Positions 60,701 to 64,000 of a DNA stretch of 64,000 bases are shown in pieces (the stretch's first letter is position 1; every line of letters begins with the position of its first letter). Source of the DNA: Antedon mediterranea (lineage: Eukaryota; Animalia; Echinodermata); contig NC_092670.1 of NCBI RefSeq assembly GCF_964355755.1, forward strand, positions 4,020,201-4,084,200. Direction: 5' to 3'. A model generated the notes under the pieces. It had not been told where the DNA came from and did not search any database. It worked only from the letters and a program-made list of their open reading frames with translations. A program made the position numbers and the translations under genes.

Positions 60701-63700
60701 ATAAAAGGTCTATTTATCTTAAAACCCAATTCCCTGTATTCTACGCCTACAAAATATAGGCCTATTAATAGATTTTTACGAACCACAAGTCTTTCACATG
60801 TGTAATTTTGTTTATAGTAGGGCTTAAAGATTTGTTTAAAATATAACCTTGCGATATATTTAGTCATTCCTAAAAGTTTAAAAAAAATACAATTACACAA
60901 ATTATTATAAACTGTGATAATGTTTTTGTTGTGTGACAGGCTATCATTAATACAATAACGCCACAGGTTATGAGTATTATATTACAACTTGTGACGATTA
61001 TTACAAAGTGCTACTAAACTTAGGTCTAACCACACTGTTTGCTAGCTAGCCATATTTTATAACCACATCGGCCCATCTCCGAAGACAAGAGAGGCAGCCA
61101 ACAGAGGATTGGGATTACCTTGCCTGGCTTTAGCCACTGTAGTCTAATTACAGCTGTCTTGGAGGGTAACCCCCTGGCCTCTATCGGTATTTATTGCCGT
61201 GTTATAACTGTCTTTTCAAGTACTTTCCCACACACTGAAGATGTTCCTTGAAATTATATCACCGTGCGACAGGCGCTTGCCAATTATGCAAAGTTCGTAC
61301 ATACCAGTTAATATACTCTCCCGCGAGCAAAATAAAATGATATGATATTAAAAAAGAAAACATAAAGTGATAATTAGGCCTATGAAGTCATTTTGTTTTC
61401 TAAAACACTGCTCGGGCAGATATTCAATAAACATTCTTTTTGTGACGTCAATTAGCTTTAAAACTCCACTGTCAATCAATCATACTAAATAAATAAGTCT
61501 ATAGCCTATATCAGTCTTTATCAAGGGTTCTCATAAACTTTATTATGTAAAATATGTATTATAGTGTTACTATATTCTTACAGTTGAAGTATGTTGTAGG
61601 TTTGAAAAGTCTGTCTGTCTAACCAATTTAAATGAATAAATTAAAACATTCTTAGTTTTGGATAATTACTAGAGTTTTAAAATATTCAGTAGTAGGCCTA
61701 CTTTTAAAGGATTCTACTAATGCTATTGTGTTATTATAAATATTAAAGCATGGATAATCATGTAAATTACAATTATTAAAAAAGAACGTTCCACTCCTTT
61801 TGATCTAATTAAGGTGAGATGAAGGAACACCTTCCCGATATCATGCAAGAATCGAGTCGTATATTTGGGTTTATCCCGGACGCAAATAAATAAAAGATTA
61901 TCATAATGTTGGTTACTGTAGACTTACGGTACCACGTTTGTCAACGAAACTTATAAATACATAAAATCAATATGGTTTGGTGTCGCTCACAAAATGAATT
62001 TCACGTGTTCGAAATTCTAAAGAAATTGGTTAGATGGAGGTCTCGTGGCATGGAGCCGTTCGCCCATCAAGGGCATCATGGAGCACCATGCTTACGTACG
62101 TATCAATGTCATCAGCAACAATCTAATAAAGTGTCCCAAAACACAACACAATCATTTAAAAATGATGTTATTACTTATTAAGTGATTAAAACCAAACAAT
62201 TTAATAATACTGGATAATCTATGCTGTTTTACACCTATCAGGTATTCATTTGATCATTGGATACCTATAAAGTAAAGAGATACTTGATATTCAAGTTCAG
62301 TTATCTGAAGATTTTGGCCAAATGGGTACACGGTAAATGGGTTTAACAAAAAGCCCGGATGTCAGAGTACACAAAACATTTTACATTATGTGTATGTTAT
62401 AACTGGGTTATGTTGTGAACGAAAGTCTCAGCATGATCTTGATTGAAACTATCAGGTTAGCCCACTAAAGACAGGTGCAGTAGAGGCAAGCAGTGGCAAC
62501 AGGTAGTCACACATCGTCACTTTTGTCATGCTGATGAGAATAATATTAATAGGCCTAACTATTCATCGGAATATAAAATTAAGTATTAAAAACCATACTA
62601 TTAAAGAGTATCTAATTAGGTTATAGGCCCAATTCAATTCAATTCAATTCAAACCGACATTTATTTACTTCAAAAAAAGACAGTAAACAAGATGAAGGTA
62701 AAAAAACAGTATAAGAAGGCAGGTCCAAAAAAAACAGGATGCTTGTGGAAGACAAAGATGATATTTAAACAGACAGATAAAAAGAAAAGAAAAAAAAAAT
62801 ATCACATACATAATATAGGTATTGATTCTGTCAGAATATTGGGAAAATAAAAAAGTGTACCGCCGATTTTCCATCCAACTTTTTCTTCTTTTTTTTTAAA
62901 CATTTAAAGTTCACTGGAAAACGTGTATTTTACTTCGGGTTTGTATTAATGGACCTCAATTTTTTTTTACAAATTACGATTTTAAGGTTTTTTTATGCCG
63001 TGCGTATGATAGGTCCGCGATTCGTAACAAAACAAAATGACACTGTGGCTTATCCAATCAGAACACTACGTTCTGTATCTTTACAATTCTTATTTTTTAT
63101 TGCCAAAACATAATAGGCCTAAAACACACACATGCACAACAAGCAACCACAAAAAAGTAACAGGAAACACAAAAGCGAACTAAATCCCTGTGATGAAGAA
63201 CCTGTGCTGTTCCACTTTTACCGAGTAGCACATGAAGATAACATTTATTTCAATAAATATATCTGAAAATACCAACAATAAAAACCTAAAATGTATTTAT
63301 ATAACACAAAAAGTGGCAGCAATGCATAAACACTACTTAGAGAAGAAATACATTTTAAGTTTAAACATGAATTTTGGGAAATAGTTATAGCCTAAATGTG
63401 TCTTTAACTTCAATCATGCATTTCTTCTCACAATCGCAGAAATGTATGAATAACTGACAATACAGGCATTTAGTATATATTATAGTCCGTGCATAGAAAT
63501 TCCTAAAACGTAATATACGAATGTGTTGCGGATAATTTCACAGTCTATCACTCTATCAATATCAATATCAATTCTTCTTCTATGGAACGGCATTGATAAC
63601 TACTTGTGACGAGTGCTTTTATACTTGTTGACATAATCCTGACTGAAATTACTGTACTTTTATTTATCAGTAAACATAAATTGATGTTGAGAATAATTGC

Positions 63701-64000
63701 TAATTATCGTCAAACTTGATAGACATTAAAATAAAATTATTTAAGACTATTAATTCCATATAGTAAAAAACATGTATGATGAGGCCAAGCTGGACAACAA
63801 TTATCTGCTGAACAAAGAACACAATGTTTATTATTGAAAACTGATTGAGCCGCCATAATCATTATAATCCTATAGTAGCAAGATGCACTCCGCCGTCCAA
63901 ACATTAGGCCTAACGTCCATACATATGTTATCCTAATCATTATATTGCTTCCGAGATGTATCTTAATTAAATTTAGAAATAGTGTGGCATTTCAATTACA

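Noticed and set aside
53150-64000. Numerous 60-100 aa ORFs in the right-hand region
   Set aside because: Low-complexity AT-rich translations with no domains or consistent splice structure.

Overview
AT-rich metazoan genomic DNA with spliceosomal introns; the repeat and domain repertoire suggests a marine invertebrate, possibly an echinoderm (inference). 1-20 kb: a tandem array of TRIM-NHL genes with intronless CDS (RING-Bbox1-Bbox2-coiled coil-filamin-NHL; two intact, one interrupted). Each sits antisense inside the last intron of a decayed copy of the enoyl-CoA delta isomerase gene ECI1, whose minus-strand exons the ORF track misses; the array continues left of the window. Paralogues keep a kappaB-like site in their 5'UTR intron, differ mostly at predicted beta-propeller top-face residues, and are mosaic. 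Three TIR elements are stacked at one 8-bp target (ACACAAGG) in an ECI1 intron. 28-39 kb: multi-exon adhesion GPCR (SMB-HYR-EGF-3xHYR-HormR-GAIN/GPS-7TM). 41.5-47.4 kb: ANKRA2/RFXANK-family gene. 47.7-52.6 kb: Gypsy and BEL/Pao relics with nested MITEs. 53-64 kb: largely non-coding, with one orphan BEN-like exon. All calls come from manual reading and translation; no database searches were run.
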